Source: the human T2T-CHM13v2.0 reference genome, Homo sapiens. From it: 64,000 nucleotides of DNA. Location: assembly GCF_009914755.1 (NCBI RefSeq), contig NC_060931.1; one strand, given 5' to 3'. Both the position numbers and the translations under genes were made by a program. This document shows positions 25,711-38,231 of this stretch, one piece after another (position 1 is the stretch's first letter; the number at the start of each line of letters is the position of its first letter). The notes beneath the pieces were generated by a model. It was not told the origin of the DNA, ran no database searches, and was given only the letters and a program-made list of their open reading frames with translations.

Positions 25711-26828
25711 TGCTATGAGAAGAACACATGGTAAGTTTCAAGTATTATTACTTACATGTAAAAACCTACTTTTTTGGTAAAATATTAGAACATTTTTCTT
25801 AGGTCTCAGGAGATAATACACAACTACTTATTAATGTTAAAAAGTAAGATACACAAATGGGTATTGTAAATAGCAGAGCCAATGAGAAAATTAGATGGGC
25901 AGGATGGAGAAATCTTAGAAAATGGAGTTGACCTCACAATACATAGCATGGGAAATTGATATATGATGCAAATAACTTGTGATCCAACTTGTCAATGTAC
26001 TGTTGTCTATCAGTATATTTATAGATTGATCTATCCGTTGATTTACCTTAATCAGTTCATCTGTTTTGTAGAAAATGAGGATTTGAGTACTTCCTTCCTC
26101 AGCTAGAAAAATAGAAACTCAGAGACTGTTTTCAAGCCAATGCTTCTGATTATTTTACTGAGGAACATATAATTGTAGTAAACACCTATGTGATTTACAA
26201 TTTTCAACATTAACACAAAACTTTACATTTTTATTTTCCCTAAATTTCTTAATACACAAATTCATAGAAGTTTCTATTTTTATGCAGAACATTTAGGCTC
26301 AAATGTTCAAAAATTTATTATTTGTTTTAGCTTTGATTTTTCAGTTGTTAATGTCTCAGTAAGCCTTCAGTCAACCGATACCAAGTCACAATACCCTTAT
26401 CAAACTGCATCAGAATATATTAGAGTTGGAAAGTGACAAATGGTTTAGGCCAAACACTAGGAATAGCAAAGACAACTTGGCCTGAGGTTTTGAACCTTTG
26501 GAAATTCACTTAAGGAAAATCTGAGGAAAACACAGATTTTAATTGCATATCTGACTGGGTGTACACATACACGCTAAAGTGAAATAGGTATGAGTATGTG
26601 TAGAATTTCTCTTTATTAGGATTGGGAGTCATATATAATTTATTTAAATTTGCTACTGAAAATTCAAGGTTTCAAAATTTGTAGAGAAATATTCTTTTGT
26701 ATTATAAACATTTTAGTTCAGTTTTTCTGTTTTGCAGTTATATAATTATAGTTGCTGAACTGAATTTTCTTTGGAAATTTCCTTAGCATCTTAGAAATGC
26801 AAAATGCTCTGTGACATGGAAGCTAAAC

Positions 26829-26847
26829 TACCAGTAGATGGCAGCAA
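26829..26847 (+). promoter_or_regulatory. Candidate CTCF binding site
   Basis: CCAGTAGATGGCAGC at 26831-26845 fits the core consensus CCASYAGRKGGCRS exactly. Occupancy cannot be seen from sequence. Confidence 0.6.
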
Positions 26848-27921
26848 GGGAGTGTGTTATTTACCCTCCATTGCACATAAAGATAAAATCAGCAACTTCA
26901 CTTGGGGAACAATCAAGACTCTTTAGAGTACTTTTTATAGAATTTAATTCTTCACGATCTTCATCTTAATTTACTTAATTCCAAGGTTCTTTCTGTTTTC
27001 TCTACAATGTACTTTTATTATGAACAAAGTTATGTTAATCTGGGAAGGAAAGTATGTATACAGGTAAGCAGTGTGTTTAGAGATTAAAATGAGTCTATGT
27101 ATGTATGAAACAATTCTACATATTTAAGGACTTGATTCATTTGATTGTGATTTAAATTCAAATACACAACTTAACACCCACACATAATAAATGAAATTAT
27201 TCTTTGCTAATTCACTTATAGGCCAAACATGGTAATAATTGTCTGATTATGTTACATTCCATTTAAATCAGTCACAATTCCTCCATTAGGCTTTTTCTTT
27301 TTATCTCTAATAGAACAGAACGACAACTATTAACAGCAGGTAAGAAAGAATGCATCAAAAGTCAGAGTTCCAAATAAAATTGAAAATGGTCAATGACTAA
27401 ATTGATAGCATACTTACAGTGATTTTGAGGCCATCTTTGTATTTCTTTTTCTCAGTTTGTTTTATATCAAACACATTTAAATAAACAGTATATATTTTTC
27501 CTAATTTTAGACCAAAACCCATATTATTTCTTTGATTTTAATTTAAGCATTTGGTAATTGAGATGTCTTTTCTGACAGTTTGGGGAAACTATAAGAATGA
27601 GATAATCTCAGCCTACATGTTAGATACAATCTTATGACAGATTAAATACCTTGACATTATTTCAAAGATAGGTGTCATTTTTCTCCCCATTGAATTACAT
27701 ACATATTCATATATACTTGCAAGGTATGGAATCTCCAGAGAATACAGATATGTCTAATTTGAAATTTTAATAACATGTATGTATTTATTCAGGCATTCTA
27801 ATGGTAAAAATGGGTCAATTTTTTATTCAATAGCTATTATTTCCTCTTCTCCATTTTGGAGAAAAAATCAGATCATTGTGAATCTCAACAATATCTTAAC
27901 ACTGTCAATGATAGAAAATAC

Positions 27922-28100
27922 CTGGTTGACATGGTCCAGTTTGGGGCAAGGCCTTCCTCCATTATATGGTTTTTCACGCAGCCATTTAGAACGAACCTTC
28001 ACACCACTCCCACAGGACTTGCTGCAGCGCGACCAGTTGGACCACTCACTGAGCTTGCAGTCTGAGGGGCAGGGGATGATGCAGGCCTCCTCAATGTAAC
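27922..28100 (-). CDS. THSD7A: THSD7A coding exon (179 nt, phase 1-0): YIEEACIIPCPSDCKLSEWSNWSRCSKSCGSGVKVRSKWLREKPYNGGRPCPKLDHVNQ
   Basis: Acceptor cctctactcag|GT, donor CAG|gtattt. Canonical TSP1 repeat inside ORF 27868..28164. Confidence 0.95.
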
Positions 28101-29164
28101 CTGAGTAGAGGAAAATGAGACAAGAATCATCTCCTCCACCTGTCACTCTCCCATTACCACCCACTATTCTAGGTCATTTAGAAGGTCCAAGACTGACTTG
28201 ACAGCAGCATGCAAATGCAGAGGTGTCTCTGTTGTAAGGGACTTGAATTAAATTCTGCAGGGAAATGTCACATACATACAGTGACTCTGTTAAAATAACA
28301 GTTGAGCAGCTGCCATGTGATCTGCTTAGGATTCATGCTCACCATATTTCAACATTTCTGACTGACAGCTCGTGTTTAATTGACAATAACCTGTCTGCTG
28401 CCATATCATTCTCATGCTGACAGAATGATACATTAAAAAATTATAACAGTTTTCTATAAAACCCTATCTGTTAATGTCACACAAGTTCAGGGTTCTGAGT
28501 CCATGCAACGTTCTTTCTTAAGAAATCCCAGTCCCTTTCACTCAATACCCAAAAGGAACCATTTAACTTAGCATCTTGCGTTTCTCCTTCTTTGAAAATC
28601 AAGTCTGAAGAAAAATGCAGGATGTTAAGTAATGTCTCATGTTTTACATGCTGTCACTTTCAGAGCATCTTCACATCTTATATCCATTTGATTCTCTTGA
28701 AAATCTTATGTATGAATTGTGCAAGTATTGACATTCTAACAGGCAGGTAAGAAAACAAATGCAGAGCGATGACTGACTGAGTCCAAGGTTACACAGTAAG
28801 AGACAGGGAAAAGTTTTCTGAGGTCTAATCCAGTACTCATTCCATCAAATCATCCAACCAATTCGATTAATAGTGCACAGATTTGTTTTGGGAAATGGGA
28901 GTATTTTCTTTCAATACTTCTTAACTACAAACTTGCCATTTCACAATATCAATTAAACACTATTATTCTCAAGGCAAACATGTGAAAACAGCAAAATTCC
29001 TCTAGTCAAGAATGAAACGCACGGTTGTCCTCTATAATAGTCTGAATGTGGAGAGAAGGTGTTCTTGGTACAAGAAAACACTCTGCCTTGCCATTTTATC
29101 TCAACAGCAGAGATTCGATTTTGACAATGATTATAATGTAAACAATTGATACTAGGCAACTCTA

Positions 29165-30900
29165 GGTAGATTTTTAAAAATTTATGGAGATATAATTCAT
29201 ATTCCATAAAAATAACCCCATGTTTTGGTTTTCAGTATGTTTGCTGCGTTGTGCAACCATCATCACCATCTAATTTTAGAACATTTGTTTTACTCCAAAA
29301 ATAAACCCTATGGTTACTGGCAGCCACTTCCTACTTTCCCCTTCCTCATTCCCTGACAACCATGAATCTACTTTCTATCTCTATGAATTTGCCTAATCTA
29401 GACATTTCATATAAATGAAGTAAAACATTATGTGATCTTATTTCTTTTTTGTTTTAGAGATGTCTCACTCTGTCACCCAGGCTGGAGTGCAGTGGTGTCA
29501 TCATAGCTCACTGCAGCCTTGACCTCCTGCACTCAAGAGATCCTCCTACCTCAGCCTCTTAAGTAGCTGAGCTGGGACTAAGGGTGCCCACCACCATGCC
29601 AGGCGAATTTTCATATATATATATATTTTATAGAGATGAGGTGTTACGGTGTTGCTCAGGTTGGTCTGGAACTTCTGGCCTCAAGTGATCCTTGGCCTCC
29701 CAAAATATTGGGATTACAGGTGTGAACCACCATGCCTGGCTTGGCTTCTTTCACTTAGTATAATGTTTTCAAGGTTCATTTATGTTATAGCATGTATCAG
29801 TTCTTCAGTCCTTTCTATGATTGAATAATATTTCATTGTATGGACATTTCACATTGTTTATCCACTCATCAGTTAATGGACATTTGAGTTTTCACTTTTT
29901 GTCTATCATGAATAATGCTGCTATGAACATTTGTTTACAAGCTTCTGTGTGGGCATACATTTTCAATTCCCTTGAATATATACATTACAGTGAAATTGCT
30001 CAGTTATGTGGTAACTCACTTAGCTTTTTCAGGAAGTGTCAAACTGTTTTCCAAAATGACTGCAGCACTTTATACTCCACCAGATATGCACGCATGTTCC
30101 AATTTCTATGAATTCTTGTCAAACTTGTTATTGTCTCTAAAATTTTGGTGTTGTTTGAAGAACAAAAGTTTTAAATGTCAATGAAGTCCAGTTTATCTTT
30201 TTTCCTTGGTTGTTAGTGCTTTGGTATTATATCTAGGAATCCACTACCAAAGTCAAGGTCATCTAGGTTTATAGTTGTTTTCTCAAGAGAATTTAATAGT
30301 TTTAGCTCTTATATTTAGGTGTATGTTTCATTTTGAGTGAATTTTTGTTTATGATAAAAGGTAGGGGTCCAACTTCATTCTTTTGCATGTGGTTATTGAG
30401 TTATCCTGTCTTCAGTTGTTGAAAAAACCTGTTCTTTCCTAATTGTTGTGGCACCCTTGTTGAAAATCAGTTGACCACAGTGTAACGATTTATTTTTGAA
30501 CTGTAAATTCTATTCCATTTATCTCCATGTCTAGTTTCATGATAGTACCACATAGTCTTGACTACTGTAACTTTGAAGCAAGTATTGAAATCCAGAAGTG
30601 TGAGTCTTCCTATTTCGTTTTTCCTTTTAAAGATAGGTTTGGCTATTTTGAGTCAAACTTCTATATGCATTTTAGAATTAGACTGTCAATTTCTGCAAAA
30701 AATTGCAGCTAGGATTTTGATAGGAATTGTGTCAAATTTGTTGATCAACTTGGAAGCACTGCCGTCTTAATTCAGACACATGGAATTCATTTCCATTTAT
30801 ATAGATCTTTAATTTCTTTCAATGATGTTTTGTAGTTTTCAGTGTACAGGTCTTGAACTTATTTTGTTATATTTATTCCTAAGTATTTTATTCTTTTTAT
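29165..30900 (-). mobile_element. Old L1 (L1MB-like) 3' region, interrupted by an AluJ
   Basis: ttgtgcaaccatcatcacc, ctagacatttcatataaatg, tccaacttcattcttttgcatgtgg, tttattcctaagtatttt. Confidence 0.8.
29441..29741 (-). mobile_element. AluJ
   Basis: AluJ diagnostics tcatagctcactgcagccttgacctcc and gatcctcctacctcagcc. The L1 sequence resumes on both sides. Confidence 0.88.
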
Positions 30901-31429
30901 TGTAGGTGGATTTTAAAAAGAACCTACCAACATTAATTTCTTTAATTAAAGGAAAGTCAGACCACCTTTAAACCAAAATGGCAAATTTAATCTATAAGAT
31001 TGTGCCCAAACTGTCCTGTATTGAAAGTGTTAAAATACTAATTTACTATACAGTATTTCCTAGCCTTGCCTAATCATAAATTATCTGAGACACATGTTAA
31101 AAACATAAGCTTCTACCACCCTCAAGTTATTGACATTAATACAATCCATAGCACTTACTCAGGTTTCACAAGCTTTACTTTTAATCATTTGTGTGTGTGA
31201 TTGTGTAGGTCTTAAGTTAGGAAGTGCTACTATAAGATACAGACAGAACCAAAAAAAATGGAAGATAAATAGATTTCTGGCATATCTTTTTATGTAGTAT
31301 CTCCTATACATTTGTCAAAGATATTTGTTTTAAACTTCGTATTGTAGTCTTCATATGCAAAAGTGCATTTTCCATAGACGTAAATTTCACTGAACACACC
31401 CCTGAAATCAATAGTCCAGAACTCTCCTC

Positions 31430-31830
31430 CGTATTCCCTTGCAGCCACTGCCCCTTCTTACAAGAGCAACAACTATCCTGACTACTCACTGTGTAGAATA
31501 GTTTTACTTTTTAAAAATTTCATGTAAATCGAATCATATAGTTTATATCCATTTGTGCTAGCCTTTTCACTCTACATTGTGATATGCGTTTTATCTACGT
31601 TGGTGCATATTGCTGAATATTGTTTATTCTGGTTGATGTGTAGCATTCTATTGTGTGAATATACTATGACTTGTTTATTCATTCTATTGGTGGTGGGCAT
31701 TTAGGTAGTTTTCAATATGGGGCCATTATTAACAGTGCTGCTATGAATATTCTAGAATGTGTCTTTTGATGGACATATGTATGTATTTCTGTTTGGTGTA
31801 CTCCTAGGAGACAAATGGATAAATTGGATG
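31430..31830 (-). mobile_element. Old L1 (L1M-type) 3' fragment
   Basis: caactatcctgact...ctattgtgtgaatatac...gctgctatgaatattct...ctcctagga. Confidence 0.65.
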
Positions 31831-34221
31831 GTATGTATATTATATTATCCATTGTAAATGAAGTATAAAATAAATTTTAAAAAATGGGATCACAAATTTG
31901 GCATGAAGATTAGGATACAATGAAAAGTTCTGAAAGTGGGCATTAGTCCCAGATAATCTTCTGGAGGGCAGATGTGGCAGAGTTGGGATTTTGTTTGTTG
32001 TGAGACATAGAAGACAGAAAGAAGATGCCACTGCTAAGTTTCTAATGTACTTCTCATATATTCAAGATGACTTTTGGAGTATCGATAATGATCCAGAGGA
32101 AAGTCCAACAAAGAACTAAAGGAATATTTCACAGTAGTGTTACTGAAATTTTAAAATAGATTGCAGTGATCTACTTAAATCTTACATTTTGACTTTAATT
32201 ATGCTTTGGGGTGGAGAAATAAGCCCCTTCATGATTCTGAGTTGAAATATACTTCAAATGCCTTTTTTCCTACAGCTGAGGCAGTAAATTAATTGACCTA
32301 AAATAGTATGAGATGCCCAAAAAATAACTCTTCTTATTTTAGGGCCAGTAATCACTTATTTTCTTTAAATAAGTTATAGTTTAATAAATACAATCAAACT
32401 TTAAAAGTATCTAAAGTCATTTCCAAATCAATGGCATTATGACCAAATCATTTAATAATATTTGTAAGACTACAATGAATTAAGAACCATCCAAATCATT
32501 TCCAAATATTATCAATGGCTTTGGCAAAAGAGCACTAGTATTTCAAAGGTAATAAGTTATTTCAAAGGAAATATTTTTATAAGAATTGCATTTTCCCACC
32601 TTGATAAACTGCAAAATGTCTCTCAAAAGTAAACCTCTAGGCTTTTTTAGCTCAGTAATTATAACTGAAAATAGAATCACCTGGTGGCCTTACATGTCAC
32701 TACCCCACAGAGTAACAGATAAATGGAAAATTGTTTTTGATTGAAATATTATGGTTTTAGTAAGATTTAACATGTATGACTTCAGACTGATTCACGTTGT
32801 GTTATTAAGGAAGGAGATACAAAACTTTTATGTCCGATTTTCCAATAGCATATTCCAGAAAACATCTCTCAAATAAAATGCAGCCTATTAAACTGTTAAA
32901 AGATAGATACAAATTAGAAACTGAGATAAAGATAAAACTGCAAAAGCGTATATTGCCTAGCATATCAATTTTATTTTCCAATGTCTGACAACATTCACTA
33001 ATTGCCTGTCATGTTTATCTAGCACCATTAAAATCCTTAATGCTACTAGTGAACTGCTAGAAAAGCATTCCCCTGCCTTCTCTGCTCAGATCATTTTTTA
33101 GGGCAATTAACACCAAACAATCATGGGGGATGGAAAGAAAGAAAAACATTTAGAATGTTTTAAGGCTAAATAAACTGCTGGCATCTTATAGCAATGTATG
33201 GTTTCTGAGGATGCTAGGATAAAATAAATGACTTCACAATTAGGATATTAAAACTTTCAGCAGTTCAACACAGAATTTGACGCTTGGAAAAATTAAACTC
33301 CAGACTTCTGATTATATTTTTGACTGCTGCTTTCAGGTTGAAATAAATACAAAAGACTAGCAGGCTTAAAGTGGCAACTGGAGGACATATTGCCTTTGAG
33401 ATACACACAATCACTCATTCATTTGAATTATGAATGTGGAGATAAAGTAGATTTCAACAACTTTCACAATTACTAAATTGTGCTGCTGAAAGGAATACTG
33501 TTGATGGATCAAAGAATTCATTTTGAAAGCACATAGAAAATACTGGTTGCTTCTGATTTATAGCTGTGTGAATGAGTAACTCTGGCATTCTCTCTGAAAC
33601 ATCTGGATTAATTTCAAAAGCAACCTCAAAAAATCTCTTCTACTTAATTGTGTATTATATTCACTTGATTGCAACTGGGAATGAGAAAATGTAGCTAGAC
33701 TTTTATCTATTGTGGTCCTCACAGGCTGGAAAAAGTTGAAAAAAAAAATCATTTTGCAAAAACTTTCCAAACGGACAATATTCTTGAGCAATTATATATT
33801 AAAAACTGGTGATCTGATACCTGGGGCAACCAAATTACTATGTATATATATCCAAACTCCTATATTCCAATGTTCTACCCGTTGTATATTTGATGGATGA
33901 AAAGTTATAAATCAATATTAGGCAATTAATTATCATAGTAAAGTACCCAGGCAAATTTATAGAAGTATAATACAATATTATTTTAATTATATTTATTCAT
34001 TTTATATACATTTGAAAGCATATGTATTCATATCTGCTAAGTATTTATAAATTTTCACAGAAAATTTCAATATCAGTATGAATGGCTGTGAGGTTTTGTT
34101 ATTGTTATTTTAATACTGGGAATTTACTCAATGACCACGCTTTTTCAGATTCATTGAGTGATATCTATGTACAAGTTCATTACCAAGGGCGTTTCTTACA
34201 GCAAACTCTAAAGGCTTCTCT

Positions 34222-34936
34222 TGTATAATAAAGAATTTGCCTGGCCCTTGGCCAGGTAGGTCTCTCGGCCCTGAAATTTCACTAGTGATAGAACTATCTA
34301 TGTTATTCATGGTGGGCTCCTCAGACTACTTATGATTTTATGCTGTAAGGATATCTCAGGAAGGGGCTGGTCACACCGGAGAGACCAATCATCTGATTAG
34401 AGAGTTGGAGCTTTGAGCTACATGTTATCTGACCACCTTTAAGACGAGAGAGATTGCATTTAACCACATGGCCAATGATTCTTCAGTCATGCCTATATAA
34501 TGAAACCTGAATAAAAACTCTGGATACCAAAGCTCAGGTGAGCTTTCTGTTTGGAAATGCACATCAGTGTGCTAAGAGAAAGATGCCTCCTGCCTCCACT
34601 AAAGAGATTATGGATGCCTCATGTTTCAGATGCCCCCTCACCTCAGCTACCTGTCCTTTCGAGCTGGTTCTGATTTGTATCCTTTTGCTATTATAAAACT
34701 GCAGTGGTAAATATATTGCTTTTCCAAGTTCTGTCAGCTGTTCTAGTGAATTACTGAGCCTGGGGCAGTACTGGGAAGTCAGAAATTTGCAGCCAGCTTG
34801 TGAGAAGTAAGGTTGGCTTGGAGACTCCCAAATTTGCAGCTGATATCTGAAGTGAGAGGAGTCTTGTGGAGTACTGGGCCCTTAACCTGTGAAGTTTGGC
34901 CTAACTCCAGGTAGTTAGTGTCAGAATTATATTGCA
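34222..34936 (+). mobile_element. ERVL-class solo LTR (MER21/MER77-like)
   Basis: TG...aagaatttgcctgg...ggggctggtcacacc...aataaaaactctgga...ggtagttagtgtcagaatt...GCA. Confidence 0.68.
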
Positions 34937-37900
34937 CTTTCAAATATATATTTTGTTAAAAAAGAAAATAAACTTATATATGTAAGAACCTGTGTTTATA
35001 TTTTACTTATTCAACCATAATAACAAACCTTGGGAATCATTACACATACTAAGGCATTTATTGACTTTCTCCTCATATTTAACATTTATAATTTTAACTA
35101 ACATGATGTTGAAAATCAGATGCAGAGTTTAAAAACCTCACATTAGTAATAGGGCTTTGTCAGGAATACAAACATATTTGATGGAGTGTTCAAATTGTGA
35201 AGATGAAGTAATGGAAGATGTATTAATTTTGAAGCTTATTAAAATGATTTATTTTTAACTTGATCCAGTGCAATGCACTGTTCTTTCAATCAATTAAAAT
35301 CTAATATTGCCATGAAAGTATTTGCAAAGGATGATCTTTAAACACTAGTTTACTGGATTCTAATAAGTATTAAACATAATTTTAACAAAAAGCAGTCTGT
35401 GGTAAATTGAAAAACTGCTGCATGAAACTAGGTTATACAGGTCTATTTACCCTGGACTTTTCCCTTTTGGGTAATACAAACTATGACTCTCTGAGAGAAT
35501 GACTCAGATACTGCATTCCCATAATTACTGACTGACTTTTTCACATAGCATTTCACTGGACTAGAGAAATAGATCTAAATAGATTATAATTGGAATGCTT
35601 TAAAATTGAATTCATGTTTTGAAACATTCGGAATTTAAGATTTTTTAAAGTAGGTTTTTTTTTTTTAATTTCCATTTCCAGATATAGAAGAAAATGCAAA
35701 ACCAAGCAACCAAACAAAAATGCCAAAAGCTTAAGATAGTTTCTTCTTCCTACATTATTTTATATTTTACAGGTCAAAAGTCAAACATGGATAAACTAGC
35801 AATAAATTAATTTCAACAAAGGGAGGGGAAAGTGTTATTTGGATAAATTTCCTGTTTTATAAAATGTCTATTTAAAAGATCAAAGGAGAGTCAATTTTGT
35901 TTTATATCCAGATGACCTAAAATTTCCTATAGTGGCAGAAATTGCTGATAAAGGCAAAATTCTAATTTTTCTTTTTTGGTTGTTGCAAATAATGAATTGT
36001 TCTTGGCAGTTAAATTTATTTTAAGCAATAGAACACTTTATTCCTAAAAAACTGAAGGAAAGCCAAATAAGGACACAGGATCTATTGGAGGCTATGTTTG
36101 ACAGCCTGGCCTGAGGGGCTCTGGGAAACCCAGTTTGAAAACCATGATATGAAGTAGTAGATGAGTTGAGGTGTCGGAACATGAACTAAATGACAATGGC
36201 AGATGCTCTTCCATCACACCAGACATGAATGGCAGCTGCAGGAAAATCTCCAGCCCTTCTCTCCCTCATCACCTCCTCTGTGCTCCCTCAGGGAGCCTGT
36301 GTGAGCTTAGTGCTGATCTCCACACCTTATTTAAATTCGACCCTAGGCAATTGCTTTCTCTTTGTGCCCAAGTATCCTTAGATGCTCTTTCCTTCTTTCC
36401 TTGGCTCTTTAAACTTGCAACTAGTTACCTCAGGAAAAGTCTGTCCCTCACCCCCTGCCTCTCTTTTACATTTGAAAGGAAAAAAAGATTCCAGTTGTGA
36501 ATGATAACTGCAAAAGCAATACTCGCTCTACCTATGCTATCAAATGAGACACTGAAAATCTGAAATGCATTAGACATTAAATAAATTCTACCAAATGGAA
36601 AAGCTCTTTGGAGAAATTAGGACTCCATTTCAGCTTGTTTACAAGACTCTATTTATTGCTTTTTCTGCCTGGTTTAATTAAACATGTTCTTCCTCAAATA
36701 CGAGTATCCACTATGATAAGGAACAATTTCTCATTCAATTTTGTTTCTAATTAACCTCTAATAATGAACCTATATAATCTTTGGTAGAATCCTATTACAA
36801 AAAGTAATACATTTCAGTTACTTTATGGTTGAGTGGTCAGGTGGGTTATTCTCTACCCATATTCATGATTATATTTATCAGTTTTATCTTGAGTTCCATA
36901 TTACAACTTAAAAGCACAAACTCTTAAAGTCTATTTGTAAATTGGGTATTATAATTTTTAAAGTTCATCCACGATGTATTCCTTTTCCAGGTTTTTTTTT
37001 TGATGATTCTTTCCTGTTCCTACAAATGTTAGTAGAAAAGAATCCCACAGCTGAGACATGTGTACTGGAGCCCTGAGTGATACAAAACAGTGTTTCATAT
37101 TTACAGTTACTTCTTTGCAGTAGCTAGTAATGGTCATTGAAACATGACACCTGCTTTGGAATCATCTGTGTCAGAACTGTGAGAGGCTGGTGGAATAAGC
37201 AGTAGACTGCTTAGGCTATTAGGCAATAATGTTAAATGTTTCCACACAAGGATATAAATACTCCACACACATATTTATAATGTAAAGATATTCTATTAAA
37301 AGGTTTTTCCTCATTTGTAATATTTGTAGAGCCTTCTTTTTATTTTAATAATTAGTGCTATAGTGCAAACTGGTATGAAAGCAAATTTTTAAAGAGAAAC
37401 TTTGGGTGCTAGCAAAGCACACTTTGAATCCTACAGATGCTTGCAAAAAAGCAATTGCTTAAGCTACTCATTAATGTCCAGAAAGTCCTCTGTAATATCA
37501 TTCACAAGCATACTAGGCAAAGAGAGAAAACATGGAAAAGTCAATACAAATCACTATATTTAAAAATTAATGTTAAAGAGATATTATATTAATAAGGCAT
37601 TAGACAAACTATTCTGAACTATTTAATTGTTACTACAATTGGAAGACAAATGAACATAATTAAAGTGGCCTACAAAAACTGTATGTTAGCTTTCTGAATG
37701 CCAGTATGATGTCCACATGGCAGTACCAAGGCCTGGTAATTTTAGAGCCATTGGATCATGATTCTTAGAGCACAAAGAAAAGTGTGCCCGGCACTTAAAC
37801 ATAATATTGTATTTTGTTTGACAATCCGGTAGTAAATAAACCTAGAACCCTCTTATTTCTCTAGATGAACTGAAAAAGACTTTTTTCTTCCTCAATACTT

Positions 37901-38231
37901 TGACAGATATATTTTAATATTTTGGCTGATATATTCATTTATGTTCTCTTTGCAATTTTAATAATTTTTTTCTTCAAGCACAAAAAGTCTTAGAGTAAAA
38001 TAATAAAAACTATTGAGCTGTAAAATGTGGAATCATTTTTTTCATTAAAGTTCAATTAATATGGAATTCCTTCAGCAAAAATATGACTATTTTCAAAGGA
38101 CAAATCTGAATTGGGCTTTGATTTTTTAATAGTGTTCAGCACCAATTTTCCATTAAGACTTAATACCCAATGCATTACACAGAGTAATAAAACTTGATAA
38201 AGAAACAATGTAAGTATATTAGAATGTTTTA

